NCBI GenBank assembly: GCA_964658305.1
Contig: OZ210885.1
Coordinates: 15,376,001-15,440,000 of the forward strand
Length of the DNA stretch: 64,000 bases
Direction of reading: 5' to 3'
Source: Leptogorgia sarmentosa
Lineage: Eukaryota
In this document: positions 11,790-25,600 of the stretch, piece by piece
Position numbering within the stretch: the stretch's first letter is position 1
Layout of the letters: the number at the start of each line of letters is the position of its first letter
Notes under the pieces: model-generated
Told to the model about the DNA's origin: nothing
Database searches by the model: none
What the model saw: the letters and a program-made list of their open reading frames with translations, nothing else
Translations under genes and position numbers: made by a program

Positions 11790-14700
11790 TAGGTCAATTC
11801 CTGTTGTGATGGAAACTCTTTAGACGCTTTGAACTCTTGGACTGCAGCAAAACCATAAGCGTTGCTTCCATCTCTAACACTCTCTTTTATATGGTTGAGG
11901 TTTTGCTCTTGAAATTTCCTCTTTTTAAAGACCTCTTTAGTTAGTTTGGGTCTTTTCATCACATTGTTGACTATTTTGTGGAACCCGCCTTTACCGTGAG
12001 CTTTAAATACGGCTTCACAAAAGTGTCCCTTCGTATGCAAATCTCCCGGAATCTCTGTCATCCAGCTGAACGCAGTGCTGTTTCTGTTCTTCACACTGCA
12101 ATTAACTTTACATGTTCCTACGTCACCTACGACTGCAGTTGGGAAACCTTGATAGTTTGATCTTTTGTATTCGAAAGATTGATCGGTGGCAGTTTCGACA
12201 TTGCTATCGGTGTCCATACACTGGGTTGAATTGTCGGATATTTGGTTGTTGACGAAACTATAATCAATAGTTTGAAGAGCATCTACGGTTGGACTTTCCT
12301 TTGTTTGGGAATGTGAGTAAAATAGCTGAACAATGTTTGTTAATTCCATAGCAGTTGCAATTTCCAATGGACACTTGGGAAAGACCCAAATAGACCTCCT
12401 TCATATTCTGCAAAATTTTCCAACAAAAGTTTGCACATGGTAAGATCATTGTTTAGAACAGCTATAGTCATAGCGGTAGCTCCGCACCCTTCTTTAACAT
12501 TAGGGTTTATTCCAATCGATAGTAATACTTTCGCTAAAACGTAGTTTTTCAGTTCCACAGAAAAGCTAAAAATTGTTTTTCCATAGTGATCTGTTATCCT
12601 ATTGATTTTTTCGACATCGTTCGAAAACTGCTGTATCAAGATGCCCAATGGGTCTTCTTCATTAGAGTTGGTGATATGTGCAGTCTGTCTTGAAATTCGC
12701 TCGTACAAATCTTTGAAGGGTTCGCTTCCTTGTTGAACAGTTTCGTCAGCAACGCGTTGTATGTTATTTTCACTATCTTCACTTGAATTAGTATCTGATC
12801 CGCTGCTATTTTCATCTGGTATATCTAGTTGCTTTTCACGAGACCGCATTTGCTTCCCAGTTTCCAGCATTTCAGTTCTGTGTATTTCAACTGACCTCAC
12901 GAATTCGTATTGCATCCGGGCAAATTTGATGTCAAATTCCTTGCCAAATTGTTCAAGAATCTCTGCTGTTCCAGTGAGGGTTGAATTGTCTTCTAAGGAC
13001 AGCTTAAGGTTGACAACTTCGGTCTTAAGCTTCGGTGTTGGAGCAGCGTTCTTTGAAGGAGCATTAATCTTGAACTTTTTCTCTGTTTCACTATTGTGTT
13101 TAGCAAAGTCGATTCTTGACAGCCACGAATTGAATTCTGACTCACGCATTTCTTCAAAAGGCTTTGGCGGTGTAGGGATACCATTTAAACTCTGATTGAG
13201 TAGCTCCAAATAATACCCATCACACCATTCATTCCATACCTTCTTATGCTCAGGCATTGAATCTTAAAATAAATGAAGTGACATGCGTATAAAGGTTCTA
13301 CACTGTAATACGAGAAACAAATTGCTGCAATTTCTCTTGCAACATCTTGTCCCAATCTAAGGAATTTTAATTTAAAATGTACAAGCAATAAATTATAACA
13401 CTTTTGTAAACATCACTAGTTTATGGTATTTTTTTATAAACAAACAAAGCTCCAAGCCGGTTGTTGCTCGAGGAATTGCAGCAAACATAACATACCATAC
13501 AAAATTGCTGAATGACCTATACATACCTAAGAACAAATCTTCAACCTTTAAACTAGATATATTCGATTGTGGCATTGTCGCGGTCTCCTTTTCTGTCATT
13601 AGATCTGTTATCTCTGATACATCTGGAATGATCGCCCCTCTGACTGTGAAATTCCACATATTAGGACCCGGTGATTTTGATAGCCTGATATGACGTTTCC
13701 TTCCACGGTAAAGATTAATATTGTCCATCAACAATATAACCGGAGTCGAAATAGGGCATCTATTTTCAATGATATCTGGCAACTTTGCTTTGCGTTGATC
13801 AAGAAAATTGTTCCTAAAAAAAGTTGTAAGAGATAATTCTTGGGTTTCACATGACATCATAAATTTGATGGAGGGTCAAATCGAAATCAAGGCACATACA
13901 GAGTGAATTAATTGTTAATTATATGTACTGGCCTTGCAGTCTAAACACCAACACTTTTTAGGTTGACTGCCCCTCCCCCCCCTCCCAACAGATTAACTAC
14001 AAAATGCATACAATAAAACCCAAGAATAAAATTGTATGCAATCTTTTACATGTTATACTGGACTTTCTGCCATATTACCAATGTACAATTTCGTTACAAT
14101 ATACAATAGAAATTCATCAAAAGCATACATACACTGTGTCCCAATGAGGAGTCAATCCAACTGAATTTAGTAGATTCATGAACTGTTTGCCAGCGCCAAA
14201 TGTCACACACACTAAACTGAGGAGCAGTCTAACATCATTTCTGCATTTCTCATTCTGTACGCCCAGTAACAAAGACAATGCATTTCCACCACAGGTCATT
14301 TTATACTCTGGTGATTTGTACACTCGTTTTCTCTTGTCAGTTATCAAAAGTGTTTGAAGAACACTGTGCAGTAGCGGGCACTTTTCTTGAAAAACGTTTA
14401 ATAAGTCATTGAAGATGTTAGCCTAAAATACACTTTGTACATCAATATTGCCTTTCAGGTTTAGGTTGCACATTTCTTCCATCTCTTTGATTTCTTTATT
14501 AATTTGCTTTTCTTGGGAATCTGTTATTTTAACACCTCCTGGAACATTAAGCAGTTTTACTTTGACCTCGTACGTTTTTATCAATGCTGAGTTTAATTTG
14601 AAAAATTGTTGCAATTTGAAATTATGGTCTTTCGAAAGCTGGTTGGCCAATTCAATATCTTCATCATCTAATGCAGAAATAATCAGTCGTGTCTGTTGAG

Positions 14701-14790
14701 ATAATTAAGTTCATTCTGCATTACAGAAATATCATCATTTTCAGCAAACAGCTGAGTTGGAACAAGTTGCTGACTACCATGTGGTTTCAC
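11790..14790 (-). pseudogene. Academ/DUF6589-like ankyrin-containing transposase, copy 2 (spliced, diverged paralogue of copy 1)
   Basis: Collinear with copy 1: LLNSVGLTPHW, LMDNINLYRG, MWNFT, LSLEDNSTLTGTAEILEQF, ankyrin (NPNVKEGCGATAMTIAV), VVGDVGTCK, PGDLHTKG, FKKRKFQE. Contains introns and frameshifts; truncated near 11790. Confidence 0.62.
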
Positions 14791-15090
14791 TGACAGATTA
14801 GTATAGATAACTCTATAGTTAATGTTAAGAAAAATTATTATATGGCCAATATAAGGACATGTTGTATACAATATTCTAAAGAACCTAATGGCCAGTATAC
14901 ATATAAATTCCATTTCTGTTCAGTTTGTTGCTATTGCTGCATTATAACAGCTAAAGTGTTACACTCAAAAGGATACATCCTTTCACATCCAACAATTTTC
15001 TTTTTTTTCATGGAATGTGGGAACATGTCTTTCATTGCCCTAGTCAATGTATTTTTTTTGTCATTGGATAAACCAAGTGTACTCGCTTAC

Positions 15091-15140
15091 CGGTCAAAAC
15101 GGCCCCAAGGCAAAACGGCCCCAAGTCAAAACGGCCCCAA
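15091..15140 (+). repeat. Probable Mutator terminal region (three CAAAACGGCCCCAA units)
   Basis: Short tandem units downstream of the MULE gene. No matching opposite end found in the window. Confidence 0.45.
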
Positions 15141-16213
15141 ATACTCTAAGTATTTATAAGACCTTCACAGTTCTTGATCAGGATAACAGGATAATTTAAA
15201 TCTATCTAAGGTTTTGCTGTATGTCCCGATTATTTTGTCTTCAAAATACTATCATATGTTATTGGGAGTATTAAATTATAGAATACCTGGCCAAAATCAA
15301 CTTCGTATTTTTACATGAAAATAAAGTCACATTTGTTGAAACTAACCCTAACATGACTGGGAATGAAGCAATCTTACTAGATGATTTTGAAGTTCATTTG
15401 ACATATTTAGCCTAATTAACATAAAATGGCCAGGTATTCTATAATTGTACATGTAATTGTTTTGATAGTTTTTATACCGAGTTTGTTCCCCGGTCCACTT
15501 TATGTTGTATTTTAAATGCTCTTAAAGCTTTTAGAAGTCTTAAAGTAAGTGATACATTATGTAGAAGGCTTTTCAACTAGTGATATACAATGTCATATTA
15601 CATCAAGGCATTGGAACATGTTTTGCAGCATAAAATTCTAGGAATGGTATTGGATGGGTGTATTACATTAACTTGGTATAAGATGGCGACATTTATTGAA
15701 GAAAATCTTCAGCTACATGTTGCGACACTTTGCAAAATCCTAGTGTGCCTTCTGATAGCCCAAATCATGATAAACGAAGGCATTGCTATCAGGACATGGA
15801 TTTTAGGCAATATTGAACCATAGACATGTTGCCAAACTTTACAAAATTTTAGTCTGAAGGTGTCCGCTTACGAGAGGTTCGACTGTATTTATATATTAAC
15901 ATGGTCTATTACCACAATAGTGATTTGATAACAACAAAGAAGCCAAATAAATAAGCAAAATGTTTTAGAAAGCATTATTTATTTGGACATGCAAAAATAT
16001 ATATAATCTGTACAATAAAATTTATTGTTCAAGGCCGTATTTATTTACAACATTATACAACATAATTATATATCTGTACTCCGCTTTGCAGTTGAGCTTA
16101 CAGACTGAAGTGGCAAGTTGTGTCACATAGTTTGATGATTAATGACTCATCTGTCAATTTCATTAAATTGCAACTGCAAAGCGCAGTACCAATTTCATTT
16201 GCATGCGTCATCT

Positions 16214-19200
16214 CTACATTGAACATGTAAGGTAAGAGCACCTTGAAAGTAGCTTTTTAGCTGACAAATCTCCAGCAATGTACATAGCCCAGTTGTGGAA
16301 AAGTTTACCTTCTACCTGCCGATATTTCTTTCTTTGCCTTCTCTTCAGTTTCTCTTCCGACACTAATCGAACTTGCATATCCACCAGTTCCGCTTGTTCA
16401 TGGAGAAGTCGCACCATCAGATAAAAATTGAGGTTCCCATGCTTTGCATGTCTGTTCAACATACCATGCCAACCTTCGACATCATTGTTGGTTCTTACAG
16501 CTTGGGAAAAAACACTCCACATTTCTGGTTTCCACAATTCACCTTCAATAACGATAAATTGAATATATTATTATTTTGTGAGTATCACATACTTCGTCCT
16601 ACAAGTGATGAAGAACTTGGGCAGAAGAGAGAGGGGGGCTGGTGATTTTTTTTTCCCACCACAAACGGTAAAAATTTTCCCTTATCGTCTATCAACATAC
16701 TGCACACAATCTCTTACCTTCTATCCAGTTCGCACGAATATACTCCACCAGTTCTGCCAGGATTGGTGTTGTAGCCTTTGCAGCAAGTTTCTCAAACACA
16801 GCTGGTATGTGTTCCTTCGGTAAATATGGAAGTGCCAGGAACTTTCTGCACAGTATATGGGTCGCGTCGTCGTCTTTATAGGCAGGGGCCAGACCTATGT
16901 CCTGGATCTTCCTCCAGATGCACTGTGCCCAGTGAAATGAGCAGCCACGAATTAACACATCTGGGAAAACATGTGGGATTGCTCGCCATAACGCACTCTC
17001 GAAATCCAAAACAATTTTTTCAAGTTTTCTTCCTCTCGTTAAGCCTTCAATGGCACGTAGAACTTTTCTGTAGTCTCGTTTTCGTTTCCCCGACATTAAC
17101 ACAAAGGCAAGTGGTACTTGTTTCACACATTCTCCGCTTCGCACAAATGAATGAATTGTGAACAACTGGGTGAAAGGCTCTTTGACTACTTTAAACGTTC
17201 CATCAACATACCATGTCTTAGATTTTGATAGCAAATCAAGCATGTTTTGAGTTGCAAATACCAGGTGTCGCCTTCCATCTATCTTCACGTCAGATTTCAG
17301 AAAATCTTCTGGTATATGGTCTTCGTTCACTTCAAACTCTAGGTCTGTTGGCTCAGCTGGTCGCATTTTCTGCCGGTGGCGGTTAGCAGCTCTCGCAAGA
17401 TACTCGGGGTTTCTCAAAGCTGGCAAAGGTTCATTGGACGTAGCTACACCCAGTTCCAACATTACCTAATTAAAGAATAAAAAATATAGGGACAAAATTA
17501 GTTTTTTCTCTTCCAATGCAAAATATGCAATGGTAGACGTACACCTTCAGTACCTTATTAACAATTTCAGCTGCAGATGTAAAGATTTCCGTTGCTGCCA
17601 TTCTCTTGACTGATGCTGCGAAGTTTGTGGCAGTTGCCGCTCCAAGTTGGGCTGGATGTGTGTGGGGTTGTGATCCTTGTGTGAACCCATTAGTTTTCTG
17701 CAGCACGGTTGCTTTGCACCACATAGACTTATTTCGCACACTGCACCTCCAAACTTTATTGCCATTCGCCCTGCGCACTTTGACTATGTATGTGTAGCCC
17801 TGGCTGTCCGCCAGTTTTTCCTTCCCTTTCTGCGAGCCATCTTGAATCACCTGATAAGTTATCACTGTTGGTACGTCTGCACGATCACATTGACTTGGAG
17901 TGTCGTCATCAATTGAAGATTCCACTAACTGCTCAGGAACTTCAAAACTGGGCATGCTATCGTATGAATCTTCCTCCATAGCGGTGTTACCTGCCTCAAC
18001 GGTTGTTTCCGGCAAACTTTCAGTTGCTGAAGCGGAGAAAGGTGCAGGTTTTTAATATAAGAAGAGCCTATATATGCACTCATATAACTCCATGCTATGC
18101 ACAACATAACTTCATATACTCATATAAGTCCATATACTCACGTAACTTATCATGCACTAACATAACTTCATATACTCATATAAGGTCCATATACTCACGT
18201 AACTTATCATGCACTAACATAACTTCATATACTCACGTAACTTATCATGCACTAACATAACTTCATATACTCACGTAACTTATCATGCACTAACATAACT
18301 TCATATACTCACGTAACTTATCATGCACTAACATAACTTCATATACTCCTATAAGTCCATATACTCACGTAACTTATCATGCACTAACATAACTTCATAT
18401 ACTCACGTAACTTATCATGCACTAACATAACTTCATATACTCATATAAGGTCCATATACTCATGTAACTTATCATGCACTAACATAACTTCATATACTCA
18501 TATAAGGTCCATATACTCACGTAACTTATCATGCACTAACATAACTTCATATACTCATATAAGGTCCATATACTCACGTAACTTATCATGCACTAACATA
18601 ACTTCATATACTCTTATAAGTCCATATACTCACGTAACTTATCATGCACTAACATAACTTCATATACTCTTATAAGTCCATATACTCACGTAACTTATCA
18701 TGCACTAACATAACTTCATATACTCATATAAGGTCCATATACTCACGTAACTTATCATGCACTAACATAACTTCATATACTCATATAAGTCCATATACTC
18801 ACGTAACTTATCATGCACTAACATAACTTCATATACTCATATAAGGTCCATATACTCAAGTATTGAACACGAGCCAATAGTCATTGGCTACTAATAGTTG
18901 TGAAATCAATCATAAACAATTGTGAAATGGTTGTGATTGGTTTGTCACTGAAATGGCATCAGCCGTGCGTCTGTGGGATGCGTGATGAAACTGTAGAACT
19001 GGTTTTATGGGTGTTTCCTTATGATTATGGAGAGATAAAATGCCTGAAATAACCATTAAAACAAAAAAGGGAAATAATGAAAAAAAGATTGGAGAATGCA
19101 ATTGATACCTTGAGGGCTGCAGTTCATTTCTCCAGGTGCGTCAGTTTCGGAATTGCTGGCTGCCATGTCGACCAACATCATCACCAAATCTTCATCTACT

Positions 19201-19560
19201 TCATCTACTTCTTGTCCGGCTGCAAGTAATCAAGTTATTAACAGTTTTGATATCATCTGGGTGTTTATTGAAAGCTGTTTCAACTATTTCTGTATGGCTA
19301 TATGAATTAGAATACTCACATTCTTCAACCAGCCTCGTGCTCTCCGTGGCAGGCAACAAGAATCCCGCGCTCAAATTAAGGCAGTCTACGCAACGCCAGT
19401 CAATTTCTTCACCGCATCTTACAGCGGTTCGATACGCGATTAGCGAGATCCCACTGTTGCAGGTCCGATGTTGCCATCTTTCGCAGCAATCGCATAACAG
19501 CCCCTGTTGCCGAGCTCTTACAGGCTCCTTGCAGCGAATGCAGTTATCTTCGGCAGACAT
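16214..19560 (-). CDS. Spliced Mutator (MULE) transposase with N-terminal PHD finger and FLYWCH-like zinc finger
   Basis: PHD finger CIRC..CDCCERWQHRTC..WRCVDC (19320-19560). FLYWCH-like WRCSVR..CKATV..HTH (17553-18027). MULE core YVDGTFK, LDFE, GCSFH (16718-17466) and RTNNDVEGWH (16214-16543). GT-AG junctions; exon limits approximate. Confidence 0.85.
18096..18858 (+). repeat. Minisatellite of about 19-bp monomers arranged as 38-bp and 57-58-bp higher-order units, in a MULE intron
   Basis: CACGTAACTTATCATGCACTAACATAACTTCATATACT (38 bp), often followed by CATATAAG(G)TCCATATACT. Confidence 0.93.
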
Positions 19561-21211
19561 CTTCAGTAGTAAAACGGCGAATAGAACTTCTGACTGTAGC
19601 GCAGCGGTGGTGAATGTTCGAGTGAGGATACTGTATACTTGTAACGCATTTTATACGATTGTGTTTGGCCATTGATGACAATGACTGCGCAAGAACAATG
19701 GCATGGTATCATCATTGTATCACAATAACTTATTGTGATACAGTCAATAACATCCGGATGACTCATACATGCTTCTGTTCAAGTTTTGTTTTTGATATTT
19801 TTAAATGTTTTGTCCCGAAAATATAGTAGGTTAGCAATATATCTCAAGGCAATATATCTCATACACGCGTATTTGATTAGGTAATGAATGAAAGTTGCCT
19901 ATCAATCGCAAGTTTATATCTGGAAATTATGTGTAACCGCTATAGTCTTCATATAAATTGTTTTTAATTTTATTTTTTTTTTATTTTGAAAACATTTCTT
20001 ATATATGCTCTTTTAGATTAACCTTATTTTCATAACCAAGCCTTCAGCGTGAGATTTACCCACCCTCAGGCCATGCCCTACCTAATGATTCTTGAGGTTT
20101 CTACAAAAGATACTACGTTGGATCTTTACTTGGGGCAAAAGGAAATTCTCTATGTAACTTGTTAGTACCTCCAATTGTTCTTGAATATGCACTTAAATAA
20201 CATCCTCCGAACAGCAACTCGTGACTGGCTGAAAGAACATCTTTCGTAGTTGGGCCTGTAAACTGGTAGTATTATGTTTGTAGATGAAAGTATCGTCTTA
20301 TCAGGGCCTGTTCGCAAGAATCAGTTGTCCCAAACCGGGTTGTCCGAAACTCGACAATCGCTTTAACCGCTGTTGTCAAGGCGCATGCATTTTTCCTCTT
20401 TCTAGAGAATTATGATAGAAGAAATATGCTTTGAAGTAATGTCTGAATTTCGATAAATCATCACTGACACGAGTGTCTAGAAGATTTTTCTGTTGGTGTC
20501 TTATATGGAAGGAATATCCTCGTCGCCAGTGTTTTGCAACATTCTGTGTAACTTACAACAGAGAGAACATGCTGCCAGTACGTTTTTGCGATAATTTGTG
20601 AATTGTACGTCTATTTGAACAGTGAGTGTTAACTTGGTCAGAAATGACACCTTGCATAATTCGAATTTGGATCACAGAAATAAATTGCTATGAAAAGACC
20701 ATGTCGTTATATTCTCCGATAAAATCAAACATCTTCTTTCAGAAGCCAACCACTTTACAATGCATCGAGTAACATCGAAATTGCAAAACAGTTTTTTAAT
20801 TTTAAACGAGTGGAAGCACAAATAGAAGGAGAATAAATGTTCTTTCTGTAAATGTTTCGACATTTTCAGGTAAATCCGTGAGCTTTTGTAAATATTAATT
20901 GGTACAAATTCAACAGTAACATGTACTTCCAAAATAGTTTTTTCCGTTTACAGGCATACAAGCACTTATACATTTATGGTACGTATTCTTTTGCTAAATG
21001 TTGTTACATTTTTAGGTAAGTGTACAATGTTTTTCAATACATCAACTTGTAACAATGTAACAATAACATCGACTTGCAACTCTTTTTAAGTATGGTATAT
21101 AATTTCATTTGTACGAACGCAAGTCGATATAATGTGACCATATATTTTAACTACCAACACAACAACGTAATAAGAAATATAAATTATGGTCTAATGCAAG
21201 TGCAGTACATT

Positions 21212-22486
21212 TTAGTTCTCCTTTTTGGATTTTTTGTGTTTCCTTGATTTCTTTGCAGATGGCTGTTCAATCTCATGTGTTTCGGTGACGTCAGCTGGAA
21301 TAGGGGTTTCTGCTGTCGTCAGAGAGCTTGTAGTCGGTAGCTGGTTCTTGCTGGTTCCTTTAGTCTTTGCTTCTTTTCCTTTGTTCCTCTTGCGTTTCGA
21401 TGGTTTCTCTGGGAGGCGAACTTCATGGCTATTATCAGCATCACCATACAGCGTCTGCGTTGTGATCATACTGCTCGTACTCGGTAGCTGCTTTTCGCTT
21501 GTTTCTGGAATCATTGACTGCTTTTGTGTGTTCTTCTTTCGTTTTGGTGCTTTCTCGAGGAGGGAAACTTCATCGCCATCATCGGTATCTGCATGCTGCT
21601 CACGTTCGTACTTGCGTTGCATCTCCTGCATTTGATTTTGTAATGATAGGATGATATCCAACATGCTGTTGGTAAAAGTGGAAGGTTGTTCGGCAGTTGG
21701 CGCTGCAGAGACTGTGTGCATAGACGTCGATGGCTGGTCCGGGTCGTGCAAGCCAATAGATTGGATACTAGGCGTAGGAGGCGGGAGAACAGCTGTTGGT
21801 TGAAGGTCAGCCGACGAAGAGCTTTGCGCCAATGGATCAACTAACTGCTGAGCTAGAACGCGTACGTGTGCACGAGATGACGGAGCTGCAGTGGGAGTGG
21901 TGCTGCACATTTTCGTCAGCATGTCTTGCAAGGCACTGACAGTTTTCTTGTTCTTGAATTCTATAGCGCTGGGATCATCATTGACCAGTTTACTGGCGTA
22001 CTGCTCTGGACTTGTTATCAGTGAACGCATGGCCCTCAAATGCGAGACGAAAACATAAAATGCAGCGGATTGCTGCATCCAGTTGGCCAGAGACGCATCC
22101 AAGTCTGTCTGAGCAAAACACCACCGCATGGCCTGGTAGATGTCTTGGCTGCTTGGTGCTGACGACTTGTCTTTCGTGTTGAGATTAGTTAACACCTGTT
22201 GCATTGGAGCAACAAGGTTTTCTATCTGTTGTTGTACCGATGGCTCGAGGTAATTTCCCGTCTTCACAATATCCCAGTTTTCTTGGAGAGCCTGGGCAGC
22301 TTCACTTATAGCAATTTTGGGTCGCATGGTCCACTCACAATTTTTCGAATTTAGTTTTTCGAGGAACTCCTGCTCATTGTACCGAATTTGTGCATCGTAC
22401 GGTCGAATGAAATAGTGGGGGAAATGCTTGAAGTACGTCACTTTGTTAGACGGGGATGCCGTTGGTCTGAAGGAGGACGAAGACAT
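21212..22486 (-). CDS. Uncharacterised 424-aa ORF (folded N-terminal half; low-complexity basic tail with NLS-like motifs)
   Basis: Uninterrupted ORF 151 bp downstream of the Rep-helicase stop, same strand. KRKK-type clusters. No family recognised. Confidence 0.6.
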   Translation of the reverse strand: MSSSSFRPTASPSNKVTYFKHFPHYFIRPYDAQIRYNEQEFLEKLNSKNCEWTMRPKIAISEAAQALQENWDIVKTGNYLEPSVQQQIENLVAPMQQVLTNLNTKDKSSAPSSQDIYQAMRWCFAQTDLDASLANWMQQSAAFYVFVSHLRAMRSLITSPEQYASKLVNDDPSAIEFKNKKTVSALQDMLTKMCSTTPTAAPSSRAHVRVLAQQLVDPLAQSSSSADLQPTAVLPPPTPSIQSIGLHDPDQPSTSMHTVSAAPTAEQPSTFTNSMLDIILSLQNQMQEMQRKYEREQHADTDDGDEVSLLEKAPKRKKNTQKQSMIPETSEKQLPSTSSMITTQTLYGDADNSHEVRLPEKPSKRKRNKGKEAKTKGTSKNQLPTTSSLTTAETPIPADVTETHEIEQPSAKKSRKHKKSKKEN

Positions 22487-22637
22487 CTAAAGAACCAAAA
22501 AGAAATGGAATTCATATGTATGCAGAATTATAATGGGGATTTCAGATTGTGTAGAAATATCAGGGATTCTAAATTATGCACAAATGTCAGTCTTTTTACA
22601 ATGTTATGTAACTATACGTTATGAAAATGGGAGTGAT

Positions 22638-25600
22638 CTAAGTTGATATTGGCAATGCTGGATGAAAATGGGACATTTGCAGTGGGGTCAGAAACTTGAT
22701 GTTCTGTAGTGCTTTAACCCGCGACAATGCTACATACGCTCCGCCAGGGCCAAGGCTATTGGTGTCAAACCAGACAACGACGTTGTCTAGTGTTTGCCCC
22801 TGGGATTTGCAGATCGTAATTGCGTATCCTGGCACAAATGGGTAGCATGTCTTTATGTTTGCATTGCCGTCGTCCTCAGCTTCACTAATTATAGTTGACA
22901 CAGGATACACAGATACGGTTTTGCCATTTGGCAGTGTAATCAGAATTGTCATGCCTTTCATCATTCGCACGATGCCTGGTTGCCCATTAACTACTCCATT
23001 TTTCTTGTCCCTATTTTGCGTTAAAATGATGCGCATGCCTTTAAAAATATTGGTAGGTGGATCATCATTGTCCATTTGTACAGTACCAACATGTAGATTT
23101 GGGTTAAAAAGATTTTTCAATATGAGCATATTTATCCGAGTAAGGGCACTTCTGGAAACTGTCACAAACGTGCTCGAAGCATTGTCTCGTATAACTGATA
23201 GGAGGTCAGTGTCATTAATGGACTGCGAATGATGGAGGAGGCGCCCTTCGTGCAGTATATCCAGCATATTAACTGTCGGCTTCCAATAGCGCAAATGATT
23301 GAGAATTGCCGAGTATTGCTCGTCGACGCAGCGATGCTGCCTGGTAAGGGTAAAAGACCTGGAAATTCGTGGCAATGTTTCTAAATCATAAACGCTTGTT
23401 GTACTTGTGGTTCGGTTATTTACGGTGGTTATTGGTGGCAATTGATATCTGTCACCACAAATTAGCAGTATTGGTCGTGTTGCCAACTGTTTCAGACTGG
23501 AAAAAATATGGTTAAAAAGGGACAGAGATATCATCGAGATCTCGTCGATAATAATCAAATCGTAGGTGCCAAGTGCCCAATTCACTTGGGGTAAAGATCC
23601 ATCGATAGGAATAGAAAAGGAAGAATGGATTGTATTTGCGTCGATATCGTTGTCGAAAACTGCACGGTAGGATGATGCAAGGTACCCTGTAGGTGTAGCA
23701 ACAAGACATCTGAGCTGCTCTTGAATCACATATCGGATGCAGGAGTGAAGGCACTTAGTTTTCCCAGTGCCAGCTTTTCCTGTGACAGAAAGTATCTTTG
23801 TCCAGTCATTACCAGTGTCAATGGACGTGTCTCCAACGGCACTGCCATCGATGCAAGATGTTGGGAAATTGTAGTACCGTGATCGCAAACGCAAAAACGA
23901 TTTTAACGTATCTAGTACAGCTGTTTGCATTGAGTCGAGACTGTCACGCTGTGATTGAGTTGGCAATGATAAAAAATCATCATTTCGCAAAATTTGAATT
24001 TGCCACAGTTGATAGACATTTTTCGTATTATTTACGAAATTTACTACGTTGTCTATAAAATAGGATTTGTGGCCTTCTTTCTGCAACATTTGACGGATAA
24101 ATTCATCGGTAAGTAACTGCGGAATGTTGACAAGGCATGAAGCAAAATACTTCAAGTCTTCAGGTAATGTCTCGTGATTTGGATGTTTTAGATCGTCCAG
24201 TTTTCTGTGCGGATGGTTTATGAGCAGAAATTGGAAAAAGAAGTCGGGGTTGAAATAAGACACATATTTGATGCCCACCAAACATTTTTGGTGCTTGTAG
24301 AAAGGGCAGGTTGCTTTAGAAGTGTCGTGTGTCCGAAGAAAGTGAAGAAGAGAAACGTTTTCTTCACCGTTTCGTCTGTAGTATCTCATTAAAAGTACGT
24401 TCGTTTCTGCAGAAGATGGTCTAGGTGGTACGTAACTCTTTGTCCCGTTACTTGACCATGCCATTTTCAAAGAAGAAAGTGTCATTACCATTTCTGGTTC
24501 GCACGGTTTCATGTCTCTTAAATGACGATATGCTGCTGCAGCTGGCACTAAATAGGTGGAGTAAAGAGATTCAGTGCTTTGTGAGTCCTTAAACTTCGAA
24601 ATGTAGTTGGTAACGTAACGCATTAACATTCCTGCCTGATCAGAAAATTGCACATCCATTCGACATTTGAGGAAAGGAAGAAGCGACGAGATATATGCTC
24701 TCAATTTCAAAGCAAACGCTGTTTGCGGATAATGTATTGATATGTGTGATTTGCCGTTCTGGTCCGTCGTCAAACACGTCGGATTTTCGTTGAGCGACAA
24801 AACAGTCTTGTGTGATTGCTGCAAATCATGCACTAAGAAAGCTAATTCTCTGTCAGCGGTCGGAATGTCGGCCCTTATTTGCTCATACGAACATTTAGAA
24901 AGATCTTCCAGCCATACCAGAAGATGAACATGAGCTTGTGCCTCGTCCTTGAAACTCGATTCTATAAAAGAAGTTCTTAACATTGTTCTTATTACGTTCA
25001 TGTCCAAAATTGAAAACGTGATGTCGCCATCGACAAGAATTGGTACCGCAGAGGTATCCCCTAACCGTTTGTTCTAAAATATGAACAATGTTTAAGGTCT
25101 CCAGACAAGGAAGTTGTGTGGGCATTTTTTCTGACATGGACGATGCATTTTGCAACCAAAGAGGAGTTGGGAAGGTCCACTCGTATGGGCTGATCGTGAT
25201 GAAAACATCTGGATACCCGAACTGGCGAACAGCATCGATCAAGTATCGATGATGCCACTTCCAGTATTCAATAGAAAATGTCTTAGTTGATAATGCAGTT
25301 GCTGCAGATGTGTGGAATGATTTGGAAGACGATATTGCTCCGGAAACAGTTGTGAAAAGCCATCTATCGTAAACAAATTGAAGCAAATCGTATTCTAGAG
25401 AATAGTCTAATACTTCACTGAGAATTTTGATCGTGAAAGAGTCTTTTGCACTTAAGCGAGAAGTGTTGCCGGACAACTTAGTCTCGCACCATTCGTGAAA
25501 GGGATAGAGGTGCGGCCAAAGGGCACATTCGATACCATCGTTGTCTCTATAGTCGTACAAATTCAACTGTTTTCCATCTTTCAAATGTTCTTCACGCAAT

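Noticed and set aside
11690..11790. Short inverted repeat CAGGCGTTT / AAACGCCTG truncating Academ-like copy 2
   Set aside because: Probably a MITE end, but no TSD or second boundary could be established.
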